A stretch of DNA of 63,959 bases, the filler included, from Chthonomonadaceae bacterium (GTDB lineage: Bacteria > Armatimonadota > Chthonomonadetes > Chthonomonadales > Chthonomonadaceae): NCBI GenBank assembly GCA_035650735.1. It is 7 parts of 7 records of this genome, joined end to end, with 100 filler letters (N's around TTAATTAATTAA, not from the genome) between each part and the next. Parts side by side here need not be neighbours in the genome. Positions count along the whole stretch, not along the records: positions 10,163 to 22,016 come from DASRGZ010000018.1; 6 more parts are not named here. One strand, written 5' to 3'. The notes beneath the pieces are model-generated. The model was not told the origin of the DNA. It did not search any database and was given only the letters and a program-made list of their open reading frames with translations. Position numbers and translations under genes: made by a program. The first letter of the stretch is position 1; each line of letters opens with the position of its first letter. Below are positions 10,063 through 20,280 of this stretch, piece by piece.

Positions 10063-10162
10063 NNNNNNNNNNNNNNNNNNNNNNNNNNNNNNNNNNNNNN
10101 NNNNNNTTAATTAATTAANNNNNNNNNNNNNNNNNNNNNNNNNNNNNNNNNNNNNNNNNNNN
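10063..10162. other. Artificial contig linker
   Basis: N44-TTAATTAATTAA-N44 with stops in all six frames; identical linkers at 22017-22116, 37588-37687, 50843-50942, 55592-55691 and 61307-61406. Confidence 0.99.
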
Positions 10163-10953
10163 CCTCCCACTGCGCCAATTCCTCGCCCACCTCAACAAAG
10201 GCCACGAAGATCCTGGAGGGCAGCTGGGGCAATGTAAAGCAGAAGCGGCCTGTCCGCCCTCGTACAGTGCATACCTAGCATGGGCGCCTGCCCACCTTCT
10301 TCCAGCGGCTTATCCAGGAGGGGCTGCTGGACGCCTCCCCGATGCAGACGATTGCCGCGCCGGTGGCCCGCGCCGCCCAGATCCAGCCCTTTACTCCGGA
10401 ACAGGGAAACGCTCTGCTGCAAGCCGCCAAGCGTTCCAGCCATCGACGCCGGGATGAAGCCATTCTGCTCTTTCTGCTCGATACCGGGGTTCGCGCCTCG
10501 GAACTCTGCGCCATTCAGATACGTCACCTGGGCATGCAAAGCCGCCGGTGTACGGTCCTGGGCAAAGGCAACAAGCACCGCATGGTTCCTTTTGGGGGTA
10601 CAACCGCTAAGGCGCTCTGGCAGTACCTGCGGGAAGACCCGCGTGACCCTGACGACCCGATGTTTATCTCGGAGCGCGGAGAGCCGCTCACTCGCTCCGG
10701 CCTGCGCCAACTCATGGAACGGTTGGGAAAAGCTGCACAGATCGAGCGGGCACGCTGCTCGCCGCATACCTGGCGGCATACCTTTACGGTTGAGTTCCTG
10801 CGGGCGGGTGGGAATGTCTTTAGCCTCCAGCAGATGCTAGGGCATACCAACCTACAGATGACCAACCGCTATGTGGCGCTGGCTCAGGCCGATATTGAAA
10901 ACTAGAACCGGCTTTACAGTCCGGCAGATAAGATGCGGGGAAGGCGAAAGTAA
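10163..10953 (+). pseudogene. Degraded tyrosine recombinase/integrase (XerD-like)
   Basis: Catalytic motifs TGVRASE, GKGNK, HTWRH, LGH and RY. In-frame TAG at 10276 and 10903 (the frame continues as NRLYSPADK to TAA 10953), plus an apparent frameshift near 10220. Confidence 0.85.
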
Positions 10954-11089
10954 GCACGGTATCCCCTCGCGGGAAAGGCTTGCTACAGCGAGAGGCTGCG
11001 CCGGAGAGTAGTTTGTTAACCCGATGTGCAAGTTTCAAATGTCTAATGCGTTGAGCAAATGACTGCTTTGCACATGGGCAGAAGAACAG

Positions 11090-11253
11090 ACCCAACTGCT
11101 CGCGCAGGCGTGCGGCTAACTCCTGGCGGAGGTAGCCTTTATCGCCAAAGACCTTGCCAAACACTTTTGCCAACAGACAGGGCACGGGCTTGCGGTCATC
11201 GCTATTGCCCGCCGTGATCAGGACGTTGACTAACTCGCCCCGATGATGAATTA
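11090..11253 (-). mobile_element. IS982-family transposase fragment
   Basis: GELVNVLITAGNSDDRKPV...GKVFGDKGY motif; truncated by the adjacent IS630. Confidence 0.75.
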
Positions 11254-11919
11254 CTAGTGCCCAGTTAACCGAAAAATTGGGTATGCTTAAGGTATGCGCA
11301 AAAGCAAGCATATCCGCGTCTGCTTGACAGACGCCCAGCGTACCCAACTCGAAACCCTGATTAAGAGCGGCAACGCATCCGCTCGTGTCCAGACCCGGAC
11401 GCGCCTCCTCTTGCTCTCCGACCGTAGCCAGGCAGCGGCTAAAACCCAAGCCCAAATCGCGCCGGCCTTGCTGTGCAGCAAGAACACCGTCGGCAGCGAC
11501 AGAGCGCTTACGAGTTAGCGGAGGGGCTCCGGGGCGTAGCCTCGGAGCAGTCTCCCTGGGCCCAACGCAGAGTGCTGTTCAGTGACAACCTTAAGCCCCA
11601 TACGCCCGGTTGTCTGTAGGAAGGGTTCTTACCGGAGTCAGCCCACTGCTTCAAGCAACGCTTGGCGTGGCACTACCCCCCGAACACGGCAGTTGGCTTA
11701 ACCTCGCCGAGTGCCAACTCTCGGTTCTGGAGCGCCAGTGCCTGCACCGACGGCTCGAAGACATCGAAACCTTGCGTCGAGAAGTGGCCGCTTGGGAGCG
11801 AGATCGGAATGCTCCTCAGGTCAGCATTGATTGGCAGTTTCGCGCCGAAGACGCCCGCATCAAACTCAAGCGGCTCTACCTGACACTGAAAACACAATTT
11901 TCAGGTTAACTGAGTACAG
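11254..11919 (+). mobile_element. IS630-family element with internal deletion (HTH fragment 11294-11518; DDE C-terminus about 11670-11909)
   Basis: LTDAQRTQLETL...RTRLLLL HTH and HGSWLNLAE...IDWQF...ARIKLKRLY tail; imperfect terminal inverted repeats sharing CAGTTAACC..AAAATTG. Confidence 0.8.
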
Positions 11920-11943
11920 GTTTTCCTAAAGGAGGGCTTGCAG

Positions 11944-13719
11944 ATGGCTGCGCCGTTGGGGGTCTGCGTGCTGCCGGAGCCGGAGAAGAATCGCTCCCGC
12001 ACCATCGCCTATCCGCAGTATATCCACGAGATACTGGCCCATGCGGGCCTCTGTTACGAGCGGGTGGAATTGGCCGATCTGGGCGACCTGCTGCCGCAAT
12101 TGCGCCTGCTGGTGACGGTCGGAGAGACGCCACTGCCGGAATATCTACGGGCGAGCCTGCGCGATTGGGTGCGGCAGGGAGGTGGATGGGTGAGTGTCGG
12201 CGGCCTCTGCGGGCTGGAAGACCTGCTGGGGGCGCAGGCGGAGACGCCGGCCTATCCGAATTGGGGCGGCGGCGCCGGCACGCTCGGCGAGGGGTATCTT
12301 CAGGCGGAGGTCGGGGAACATCCCGCCCTGGCGCATCTGGAGATACCCCTTCATTTCTTTAACGGCATCCCGATAGAGGCGACCGAGGCGGCGGTGCTGG
12401 CGCGCGTGCTGGACGCGCATCAGCGTTCGACCGCGCGCCATGCCCTGCTGGAGAATACAGTTGGACAGGGACGCTGCCTGCTGATCGCGCCCGACGTGAC
12501 CGGAACGGTGGTTTTTATCCAGCAAGGACGCGCCATCACGCGCGACGGCGTGCCCGCCCCGGACGGCACGGCTCCCCTCTGCGACGGTGTCCTCAAAAGC
12601 GACGATGGCGGCGTTCTGGATTGGAGCTTCGACCGCCAGCCGGTGCCCGGCGTGCCGGGCCTGCACGCCTTCCTGCAACCCATCGCCGACCAGTGGCGCG
12701 AACTGCTGCTGCGGGCGGTCTTCTACCTGGCCGATACGCTGGCGGTGGTGCTGCCGGTCCTATGGCTCTACCCACGCAACCTGCCTGCCCTCGCCCATCT
12801 CTCCCACGACACGGATAGCAACGACCCTGAGAAAGCCCGGCGCTTGTTGAAGATACTGGAGGAGATGCAGGTGCATGGTACCTGGTGCGTCATCCTGCCG
12901 GGCTACCCGCCGGAGATCATGGACGCTATCCGCGACGCCGGGCACGAGCTTGCCACCCACTACGACGCGCTCGATCATCCCTGGTCGGAAGAGGAGTTTG
13001 ACCGGCAGTGGCGCGAACTCTGTGCACTCTTCGCGCCGGAAGTTCCCGTCTCCAACAAGAACCACTACACACGCTGGGAAGGCGATACGGAGTTCTTTGA
13101 CTGGTGCGCGCGGCGCGGCATCCGGCTGGACCAATCCAAAGGCGCCTCCAAGACGGGCGATGTCGGCTTCAACTTCGGAACGTGCCATCCGTATTTCCCT
13201 CTCGCGCCGGACGGCAGACGGCTGAACGTGCTGGAACTGCCCATGCCCACGCAAGACCTGGAGGTGGTTGCTCCGGCGGCGCTGGGGGAAGTCTTGTTGA
13301 AGGCGGCAGAGCGGCATCACGGCGTGCTGCATCTGCTCTTTCACCCGGCGCATACTTCTCGCGAGGATGTTGCCCAGGCGCTGCGGGATATGGTGAGCAT
13401 GGCAAAAGCGCAGGGAATGGAGTGGTGGACGGCGAAGCAGTTAGATGCCTGGGAACGTGGGCGGCGGCAGGCGCAGTGGCAGGACTATCGGCAGGAGGGA
13501 AGCGCCGTGCAGGTGACGCTGCGCGCCGGGGAGCCGCTGCGCGAGGCGACGCTGCTCTGGCTGGCGCGTTCCGGGGGGCGGGTGCGAGTCAACGGCGTGG
13601 AGCAGACGACCAAGACGGTGAACCGCTGGGGTTTTGCCTTTCAGGCGGCGACCGTTACCCTCCCGGCCTACGCCGAGACGACCATCCGAGTAGAAGAATC
13701 CACAGATTACACAGATTAA
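11944..13719 (+). CDS. Hypothetical protein with a polysaccharide deacetylase-like (NodB-type) domain
   Basis: GGAGG RBS; LSHDTD and GHELATH motifs resemble metal-binding motifs of the deacetylase barrel. Confidence 0.6.
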   Translation: MAAPLGVCVLPEPEKNRSRTIAYPQYIHEILAHAGLCYERVELADLGDLLPQLRLLVTVGETPLPEYLRASLRDWVRQGGGWVSVGGLCGLEDLLGAQAETPAYPNWGGGAGTLGEGYLQAEVGEHPALAHLEIPLHFFNGIPIEATEAAVLARVLDAHQRSTARHALLENTVGQGRCLLIAPDVTGTVVFIQQGRAITRDGVPAPDGTAPLCDGVLKSDDGGVLDWSFDRQPVPGVPGLHAFLQPIADQWRELLLRAVFYLADTLAVVLPVLWLYPRNLPALAHLSHDTDSNDPEKARRLLKILEEMQVHGTWCVILPGYPPEIMDAIRDAGHELATHYDALDHPWSEEEFDRQWRELCALFAPEVPVSNKNHYTRWEGDTEFFDWCARRGIRLDQSKGASKTGDVGFNFGTCHPYFPLAPDGRRLNVLELPMPTQDLEVVAPAALGEVLLKAAERHHGVLHLLFHPAHTSREDVAQALRDMVSMAKAQGMEWWTAKQLDAWERGRRQAQWQDYRQEGSAVQVTLRAGEPLREATLLWLARSGGRVRVNGVEQTTKTVNRWGFAFQAATVTLPAYAETTIRVEESTDYTD

Positions 13720-14148
13720 CACAGATGAAAAACCAATGAGCACAGATCCGAGAGACGAACAAACCTACGCGATTATTGGGGCGGCGATGGAGGTGCATCG
13801 GGAGTTAGGGCCAGGATTCCTGGAAGCAGTCTACCAGGAAGCGCTTGCGTTGGAGTTCGAGGCGCGCTCCCTGCCCTTTCAGCGCGAAGTAGCCTTGCCT
13901 GTTGCTTACAAGGGCAAGCTGCTCAACTGTTCCTATCGAGCTGACTTCATCTGCTTTGGAGAAGTACTCGTGGAGTTGAAAGCCCTGGATAAGCTCACCG
14001 GCAATGAGCGCTCTCAAATACTCAACTACCTGAAGGCAACTGGACTCCAGCGCGGCCTGCTCCTCAACTTCGGCACGCGCAGCCTGACCCAAGAGCGCCT
14101 TGTCTGGTAGTTTTTAGAAATCTGTGTTCATCTGTGTAATCTGTGGAT
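13698..14148. repeat. 29-bp inverted repeats flanking the GxxExxY gene
   Basis: 13698-13726 ATCCACAGATTACACAGATTAACACAGAT versus 14120-14148 ATCTGTGTTCATCTGTGTAATCTGTGGAT (28/29 complementary). Confidence 0.92.
13736..14110 (+). CDS. GxxExxY protein (PD-(D/E)XK nuclease-like)
   Basis: [21 protein letters not shown] signature; YRADF...VELKA...[10 protein letters not shown]...GLLLNFG. Confidence 0.95.
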   Translation: MSTDPRDEQTYAIIGAAMEVHRELGPGFLEAVYQEALALEFEARSLPFQREVALPVAYKGKLLNCSYRADFICFGEVLVELKALDKLTGNERSQILNYLKATGLQRGLLLNFGTRSLTQERLVW

Positions 14149-14167
14149 CCCAGGAAAGGGGAGACCG

Positions 14168-15409
14168 ATGGCGCAAACAGGGACGACCGACCTGCCCGCG
14201 ATAGCAGGAGGCAGCCCCGCCAAGACGACGCCCTATGGGCGCGAACAGCGGTACGGCGCGGAAGAGCTCTGTGCGCTGGAAGAGGCCTTGCAGCAGGGCA
14301 CGCTCTTCTACGCGCAGGGAAAGAAGGTGCGGCAACTGGAGGAGGCGTTCGCGCAGGCGTGCGGCGCGCGGTTTGCGGTGGCGTGCAGCAGCGGTACGAC
14401 GGCCATCCATGCGGCCCTGATTGCGGCGGGCATTTCGCCGGGAGACGAGGTCATCACCGGGCCAATCACGGACATAGGGACGGCGATACCGATTCTCTAT
14501 CAGGGGGCCGTGCCCGTCTTTGCCGACCTGCACCCGCACACCTACAACCTGTCGCCTGCCTCGGTGGAGGCGCGGATCACCCCGCAGACGCGCGCCATCC
14601 TTGCGGTGCACCTGGCCGGGAACGCCTGCGACCTGCGCGCCCTGGCCGACATCGCGGCGCGGCACAACCTGTTTCTGATCGAGGACTGCGCGCAGGCGCT
14701 GGGCGGTCGCTATGAAGGGCGCGCGGTCGGAACGTGGGGGCAGATCGGTTGCTACAGCCTCAACGAGTACAAGCATATCGCCTGCGGCGACGGCGGCATC
14801 ATCCTCACCGATGACGAAGAGCTGGCGGTCAAGCTGCGCCTGGCGACCGATAAGTGCTACGACCGCAGCCCGGGCAATGCACGGCGTCAGCCGACCTTCC
14901 TCGCCCTCAACGCCCGCATGACGGAGCTGCAAGGGGCGGTGGCCCTGGCGCAGCTTGGCAAGCTGGATTCCATTGTCGCGCGGCGGCGGCAGTGGTGCGG
15001 CACGCTGAGCGTCTGCCTGCGGGATATACCGGGGCTGCATCTGCCGGAGGTCACGCCGGGCTGCGAGCCGTCCTGGTGGTTCTACCTGATGCGCGTGGAG
15101 CCGGAGACGCTCGGCGCGGACGCCGATACGTTCGCGAAGGCGCTGAGCGCGGAGGGGCTGCCCGTCTCGGCGCACTACATCGGCCAGTGCGTCTACGAGT
15201 ACCCGCTGTTTACGCAGCACAGCGCGTTTGCGCGTGGAGAACACCCTTACGCGCGCTATGAGTACGCGCACGGCCTCTGTCCCGAAGCAGAGGCCATTCT
15301 GGAAACCGGCATCCTGCTCGGCGTCAACGAAGCCTACACCGAGGCCGACCTGGAGGAGACGGCGCACGGCATTCGCCGCGCCGCTGCGTGGTTTGCCAGC
15401 CGGAGGTGA
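14168..15409 (+). CDS. DegT/DnrJ/EryC1/StrS family PLP-dependent aminotransferase
   Basis: CSSGTTAIH, IEDCAQALG, SLNEYKHIACGDGG (PLP lysine), NARMTELQGA. Confidence 0.92.
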   Translation: MAQTGTTDLPAIAGGSPAKTTPYGREQRYGAEELCALEEALQQGTLFYAQGKKVRQLEEAFAQACGARFAVACSSGTTAIHAALIAAGISPGDEVITGPITDIGTAIPILYQGAVPVFADLHPHTYNLSPASVEARITPQTRAILAVHLAGNACDLRALADIAARHNLFLIEDCAQALGGRYEGRAVGTWGQIGCYSLNEYKHIACGDGGIILTDDEELAVKLRLATDKCYDRSPGNARRQPTFLALNARMTELQGAVALAQLGKLDSIVARRRQWCGTLSVCLRDIPGLHLPEVTPGCEPSWWFYLMRVEPETLGADADTFAKALSAEGLPVSAHYIGQCVYEYPLFTQHSAFARGEHPYARYEYAHGLCPEAEAILETGILLGVNEAYTEADLEETAHGIRRAAAWFASRR

Positions 15410-15452
15410 GGGCGGCTAAGGGAACAAGAATCCAGGCAACAGGAGGAGCCTC

Positions 15453-16688
15453 ATGGGAGTATGGGCGCAGGTACGGGAATTGATGCCGGCGCAGCGCAAT
15501 GCATTTCTGGCGAGCTTCCTCGGCTGGTCGCTGGACGCCTTCGACTTCTTTGTTCTAGTGTTCGTCATCCCGGACATTGCCGCGGAGTTCGGCGTGAAAA
15601 GATCGGATGTTGCCCTTTCCATCACGCTAACGCTCGCCTTCCGCCCGGTCGGCGCGTTCTGCTTCGGCTGGGCCGCCGACCGGTATGGTCGGCGCGTGCC
15701 GCTGATGATCAATGTGCTCTGCTATTCGCTCATCAGCCTGCTCTGCGGCTTTGCGCCCACGCTGACCGTCTTTCTGGTGCTGCGCTCCCTCTTCGGCATC
15801 GCCATGGGCGGGGAGTGGGGCCTGGGCGCGGCGCTGGCGATGGAGAGCGTGCCGGAACGGATGCGGGGAACGCTCTCCGGCGTGCTTCAGGAGGGTTACG
15901 TCGTCGGATATCTGCTGGCCGCCATCGTCTATCCCCTCGTCGCCCCGCGCTGGGGCTGGCGGGCCATGTTCTTTGTCGGCGTGCTTCCGGCGCTGCTCTC
16001 GGTATTTATTCGGGCCAGGGTCCAGGAGTCGCCGGTCTGGGAGCAGCAGCAGCGGGAGCGGGAGGCGGGCGCCGCGCCGCTGCTGCCATTTAGCAGCGTG
16101 GTGCGCCAGCACTTCCGGCTCTTTGCCTACTTGATCCTGCTGATGACGGCTTTCAACTTCATGTCCCACGGCACCCAGGACCTTTATCCGACATTTCTGA
16201 AGGAGCAACATAAGCTCGGCCCGGGGATGGTCAGCCGGATCGTCATCCTCTACAATATCGGCGCGCTGCTGGGCGGCATCTGCTTCGGCAGCCTGTCCGA
16301 ATCTATCGGTCGCCGCCGGGCCATCATTCTGGCGGCCCTGCTAGCCCTGCCCATTGTCCCCCTCTGGGCCTTCTCCCCCTTCGTCGGCCTGCTGGCGCTG
16401 GGCGCGTTCCTGATGCAGTTTATGGTGCAGGGCGCCTGGGGCGTGATCCCGGCGCACCTGTCCGAACTGGCTCCCAACACGGCGCGCAGCACCTTCACCG
16501 GCTTTACCTACCAGCTTGGCAATCTGCTCGCGGCCATTAACGCTTACTTGCAGGCCCGGCTGGCCGAGCGCCCCGGCTGGAACTACGCGATGGCGCTGTC
16601 TTCGGTCGTGGTGGTAGTGCTGCTGGCCGTCGCCCTGATCACGGCGCTGGGAAAAGAAGCGCGCGGCGCTCGCTTCGCCGATGGATAG
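15453..16688 (+). CDS. MFS transporter, SHS (sialate/lactate) family
   Basis: GWSLDAFDF, ADRYGRR, GMGGEWG-like motif, NFMSHGTQDLYPTFL, QGAWGVIPAHLSE. Confidence 0.9.
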   Translation: MGVWAQVRELMPAQRNAFLASFLGWSLDAFDFFVLVFVIPDIAAEFGVKRSDVALSITLTLAFRPVGAFCFGWAADRYGRRVPLMINVLCYSLISLLCGFAPTLTVFLVLRSLFGIAMGGEWGLGAALAMESVPERMRGTLSGVLQEGYVVGYLLAAIVYPLVAPRWGWRAMFFVGVLPALLSVFIRARVQESPVWEQQQREREAGAAPLLPFSSVVRQHFRLFAYLILLMTAFNFMSHGTQDLYPTFLKEQHKLGPGMVSRIVILYNIGALLGGICFGSLSESIGRRRAIILAALLALPIVPLWAFSPFVGLLALGAFLMQFMVQGAWGVIPAHLSELAPNTARSTFTGFTYQLGNLLAAINAYLQARLAERPGWNYAMALSSVVVVVLLAVALITALGKEARGARFADG

Positions 16689-16764
16689 CCGCTGCTTGCT
16701 CCCTCTCGGAGAAAGGTTGGCGTGCGTCATGTGGGAGCGGGTAACTAGCAACTGTACAAAAGGC

Positions 16765-16793
16765 TTGACAACAGAACAATACCGCTATATAAT
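16765..16793 (+). promoter_or_regulatory. Consensus sigma70 promoter
   Basis: TTGACA-17 bp-TATAAT upstream of the small protein/DUF1559 genes. Confidence 0.8.
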
Positions 16794-16965
16794 CGAACCA
16801 TTGTTGTTAATGCTAAGAGGTTTTTACTCTTACGAGCAAGGCTGTTTGCAATCAAGGTGCAAAATAGGCGGGATTCTGCTCTAAACAAAGGGCATGGACC
16901 GCCACCTAAGCGGCCCCTTTTAGCGCTATCGCCGTATGGTATTCCTCAGGAAAGGAGGTGAATCC

Positions 16966-17184
16966 ATGAAAAAGCCGCTGTCTGGAGGCGTGATTACGGG
17001 GGTGTTGATCGCCGTGCTGATCATTGTCGCTGTGCTAGCCTGGAAGTTTGTGATCGCGCCACCCCCTCGGGCAGAATTGCCAAAGATAACCAAGGAGCAG
17101 CAGGAGCTCCATGCCAGATCAGCGCAGGATATCATGGCCCAACAGAGGCGCCTTGTCGGGGCCGCCCGCGGAGGCGGCCAGTAA
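16966..17184 (+). CDS. Small single-pass membrane protein
   Basis: Strong RBS AAAGGAGGTGA; N-terminal hydrophobic helix; 72 aa. Confidence 0.75.
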   Translation: MKKPLSGGVITGVLIAVLIIVAVLAWKFVIAPPPRAELPKITKEQQELHARSAQDIMAQQRRLVGAARGGGQ

Positions 17185-17229
17185 TAGCGTCCGTCAAACG
17201 AATCAGCCCATGACTTACTGGAGGCACCT

Positions 17230-18168
17230 ATGCATACGAAATCTCGTGCGTTCACCTTGATCGAATTGCTCGTCGTCATCGCCATTATCGCGATTCTGGC
17301 TGCCATTCTCTTCCCCGTCTTCGCCCAGGCGCGCGAGAAAGCGCGGGCCATCTCCTGTGTTAGCAACGAAAAGCAGATTGCCCTGGGCGTCCTGATGTAC
17401 ATTCAGGATTACGATGAAACCTTCCCGATCTACTGGTACCGGCAGAGGGCCGATGGCAGTGATGACCGGCCCAGCGATGACCCGTTTTCTCCGGGCGTAC
17501 CGGATCGCATGTTTGGCTGGAACGAGGCTATCTATCCCTACGTCAAGAATGTGCAGCTCTTCCGCTGCCCCGATGCGCCCCGCGCAAGCACCCTGACGTC
17601 CATTGGCAGCGGCGTAGGGGGTGTCGCCTTCAATGACGATGCCCCGACCGGGGCGACCGGTTACGCCCTTAACGCCCGAATCTCGGGCAATACCGGCTAT
17701 CTGGATGATGGCAACACGCAGCATCCGCCGTTGAACGATGCAGCGCTAGAGTTCGCCGCTAACACGATTATGATCGTCGAAGCCTCCTCCAACTGTAGCG
17801 ATGGCTGCTCCACCTCCGACGAGAACGAGTGGGGTTGGCAGGGCCGCCATGTAGATCTGCTCTATGGCGACGGCTGGATCGGCGGCAGCGATCCCGGGGC
17901 AGCCTTCATTCAGCCCGGCTTTAAGCCCCCGCTGGCCCGTCATAACGGCGGCGCCAACTATGCCTTCTCGGATGGTCATGTCAAGTTCCTCAATGCAGGT
18001 GCGATGGGACTGGTGCAGAACCCGACGTCTACAGATCAGGTCGAAAGATCGGCGGGGGTGGCGCTTGGCTTCACGGCGCCGCTTACGGCCAACGATTCCA
18101 ACACCGGCCAGAAGCCGACCTACTGCCCGAACTCCAACTGCCAGTATAACGTTCCGACCACGCCCTGA
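17230..18168 (+). CDS. DUF1559 prepilin-type N-terminal cleavage/methylation protein with H-X9-DG motif
   Basis: [33 protein letters not shown]...C.SN.KQ...[23 protein letters not shown]. Confidence 0.95.
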   Translation: MHTKSRAFTLIELLVVIAIIAILAAILFPVFAQAREKARAISCVSNEKQIALGVLMYIQDYDETFPIYWYRQRADGSDDRPSDDPFSPGVPDRMFGWNEAIYPYVKNVQLFRCPDAPRASTLTSIGSGVGGVAFNDDAPTGATGYALNARISGNTGYLDDGNTQHPPLNDAALEFAANTIMIVEASSNCSDGCSTSDENEWGWQGRHVDLLYGDGWIGGSDPGAAFIQPGFKPPLARHNGGANYAFSDGHVKFLNAGAMGLVQNPTSTDQVERSAGVALGFTAPLTANDSNTGQKPTYCPNSNCQYNVPTTP

Positions 18169-18290
18169 CGAGGGGTAACGGTGCGGAGCCCGTGCGCCAG
18201 CCTGGCTAACCAGAGGCGCCGTTTCTTCCACGGACGGTCCCGCGCTCTAAGGTGGGACCGTCCGTTCTATGAAGGCCCCTGCTCGGCCCT

Positions 18291-18630
18291 CTCTGGCCGC
18301 CCACCCCTAAAGGGATGGGCTGTGTCGCAAGGCGGAGGGGTGCCGCAAGGCGGAGGGGTGTCGCAAGGCAGAGCCGTGTCGCCAGGCGGAGGGGTGTCGC
18401 CAGGCGGAGGCAGGGGCCGTAACCCTGCCGACCCTTGCAGTCCGTTGCAGGCCCGCCCCTGGCAGTGGGCAAGCTCGCTCAAGCGGGCTACCAGAGGTGG
18501 GTTAGCCCCCTGAAGGCCGCTCTCCAGGCGGATCGTTTGAGGGCCTTTACCCTTGAGAGGAACGGATTCACCTTACGCAGCCCCATTTATGGGGCTTGCC
18601 GTCTACAGCCCGGTCCTTTAGGGCCGGGCT
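18291..18630. repeat. REPIN-like element (homolog of 4692-4892) interrupted by the hairpin mini-element with five 18-bp tandem units (18321-18466)
   Basis: Five degenerate GTGTCGC(A/C)AGGCGGAGGG units, then GGCAGGGGCCGTAACCCTGCCGACCCTTGCAGT; flanks align with the reverse complement of 4692-4892. Confidence 0.8.
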
Positions 18631-18728
18631 TACTCCCTCCCCTTGCCGGCGCTTAAAGCAGGACGCTGCCGGAGGAGATCAGGCAATCAAAGCGAAGAAT
18701 AAGAGAAAGATCGGACTCACTTAGCGTC

Positions 18729-20168
18729 ATGAAGTTAACCAGGAATGTATTCACTCTCTTGATCTTGGGGCTTGCCGTCATCAGCGCGGCCTGGTGGTAC
18801 CGCCAGCGCACACTGGCGCATAGGCTATCGCCGATGCGTCGCGTTGCTGCGCCTGACAACGCCGCGCTGCAAGCGCAAATGGCGACGCTTCAGGCGCAGG
18901 CCGCCAGATTGCAGGCGCGTGTCACGGCGCGGCCCGGCGACATTCCGGCCCGCCAGGCGCTGCTCCTGACCTATCAGCAGCTGGGCCAACTGGATCGCGC
19001 GATGGAACAACTGGAGGCCATCGTCAGGCTCCAGCCGAAGAATCACGACGCACATCTCGCTCTGGCCAACGCCTATCTGGCTTTGAAACAATGGCCTCGG
19101 GCGGAGCAGAGCTACCGCGCCATGACGACGCGCTGGCCCAAAGATCATGCCGTCTGGCAGGGGTTGGCGGCGGCGCTGTTTCACCAGAGGCGCTATCAGG
19201 AGGCGGCGCAGGCAGCCCAGAAGGCGGAGCAGCTCCAGCCGGCGAATCCCAGCAACCGGTACGTGCTGGCTACCGCGCTGCAAGAGTACGCCATGCTCTA
19301 TCCCGATCCTCAGTTCCACTCGGCGGCGCTGGATCGGGCGCGCAAAGAATTTGAAAAACTGATCCAGGTCTGGCCCAACAACGGCGACCTCTATTTCCGG
19401 CTGGGACGTATCTGCATCGCCACGCGCGACATCAGCGCTGCCGTGACGAACATGGAAAAGGCGCACCAACTCCTCCCCGATCGCGCCGACGTGTCGCTCT
19501 ATCTGGCGAAATCTTATGTCTCTTCGCGCAACCGCCAGGGAGCGCGCAAAGTCCTGGAAGAGGCGCTGGCCCGCCATCCTGACTCCGCCGACATTGCCGA
19601 TGCGCTGGGACAGCTCGTTCAGAGCAGCGGCGAACCGGATGCCGATCCGAAGGCGCTGGCGCTGTTCCAGAAGGCCGTCCAGCTTGCGCCGCGCAATGCC
19701 CGCTTCCAGGAACGATTGGGCACCGCCTACCTGCGTACGAACAACCTCGACCAGGCGCGTCAGGCCTTCGAGGAGGCAGCCCGGCTCAATCCCAACCGCG
19801 CCTTCCCCTTCCAGCAGCTTGCCGCCATCTATACCCGGATGGGAGACCCCAAGCGCGCGACCCTGGCGGCCAGGAACGCCGAGAGACTCAACTTCAACGC
19901 CCAGCAGCTTAACCTTCTGGAGGCGACAGTCAACGCGCACCCGAACAATGTGCCCCTCCGCCTGAGTCTGGCCGACCGTTTCCTGTTTCTGGGCAATCGC
20001 GGCGCGGCACGCAACGAGTACCTGATCGTGCTGCGCATGGACCCGCAGAACCGGCGTGCCCGGGAGGGATTGGCGACCCTCGACAAGCCGCAGCCCGGCA
20101 CGATGACGGCCTCAACAAAGCCCACCCCGAGCGCGCTTCCCTCCCAGGAGGCTGCCAGGAGCCGCTAA
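18729..20168 (+). CDS. Membrane-anchored tetratricopeptide repeat protein
   Basis: N-terminal TM segment; many TPR-like units (LG.AY...A...F..A..L.P). Confidence 0.9.
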   Translation: MKLTRNVFTLLILGLAVISAAWWYRQRTLAHRLSPMRRVAAPDNAALQAQMATLQAQAARLQARVTARPGDIPARQALLLTYQQLGQLDRAMEQLEAIVRLQPKNHDAHLALANAYLALKQWPRAEQSYRAMTTRWPKDHAVWQGLAAALFHQRRYQEAAQAAQKAEQLQPANPSNRYVLATALQEYAMLYPDPQFHSAALDRARKEFEKLIQVWPNNGDLYFRLGRICIATRDISAAVTNMEKAHQLLPDRADVSLYLAKSYVSSRNRQGARKVLEEALARHPDSADIADALGQLVQSSGEPDADPKALALFQKAVQLAPRNARFQERLGTAYLRTNNLDQARQAFEEAARLNPNRAFPFQQLAAIYTRMGDPKRATLAARNAERLNFNAQQLNLLEATVNAHPNNVPLRLSLADRFLFLGNRGAARNEYLIVLRMDPQNRRAREGLATLDKPQPGTMTASTKPTPSALPSQEAARSR

Positions 20169-20280
20169 AGCCTATCCCGATAGACAGATTTTTCCCATAA
20201 TGGCTGAACACCGAATGGGATAGGCTCTAAACGGCAAGCCCTCCCCGATAGAACACACACGCTTAATCTGGTTGCTGCTT

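Noticed and set aside
10063..10162. Recurrent TTAATTAATTAA palindrome within N runs
   Set aside because: Artificial contig linker. ORFs running into it and gene adjacency across it are not biological.
10276..10905. Two in-frame TAG codons in the integrase suggesting amber recoding
   Set aside because: The gene also has an apparent frameshift, and intact genes in the window end in TAG. Point-mutation decay is the simpler explanation.
16890..16930. Possible riboswitch in the leader of the DUF1559 unit
   Set aside because: Only a short hairpin; no recognisable aptamer consensus.
18321..18410. 18-bp tandem repeats as a CRISPR array
   Set aside because: The units are contiguous, with no unique spacers; they belong to the dispersed mini-element.
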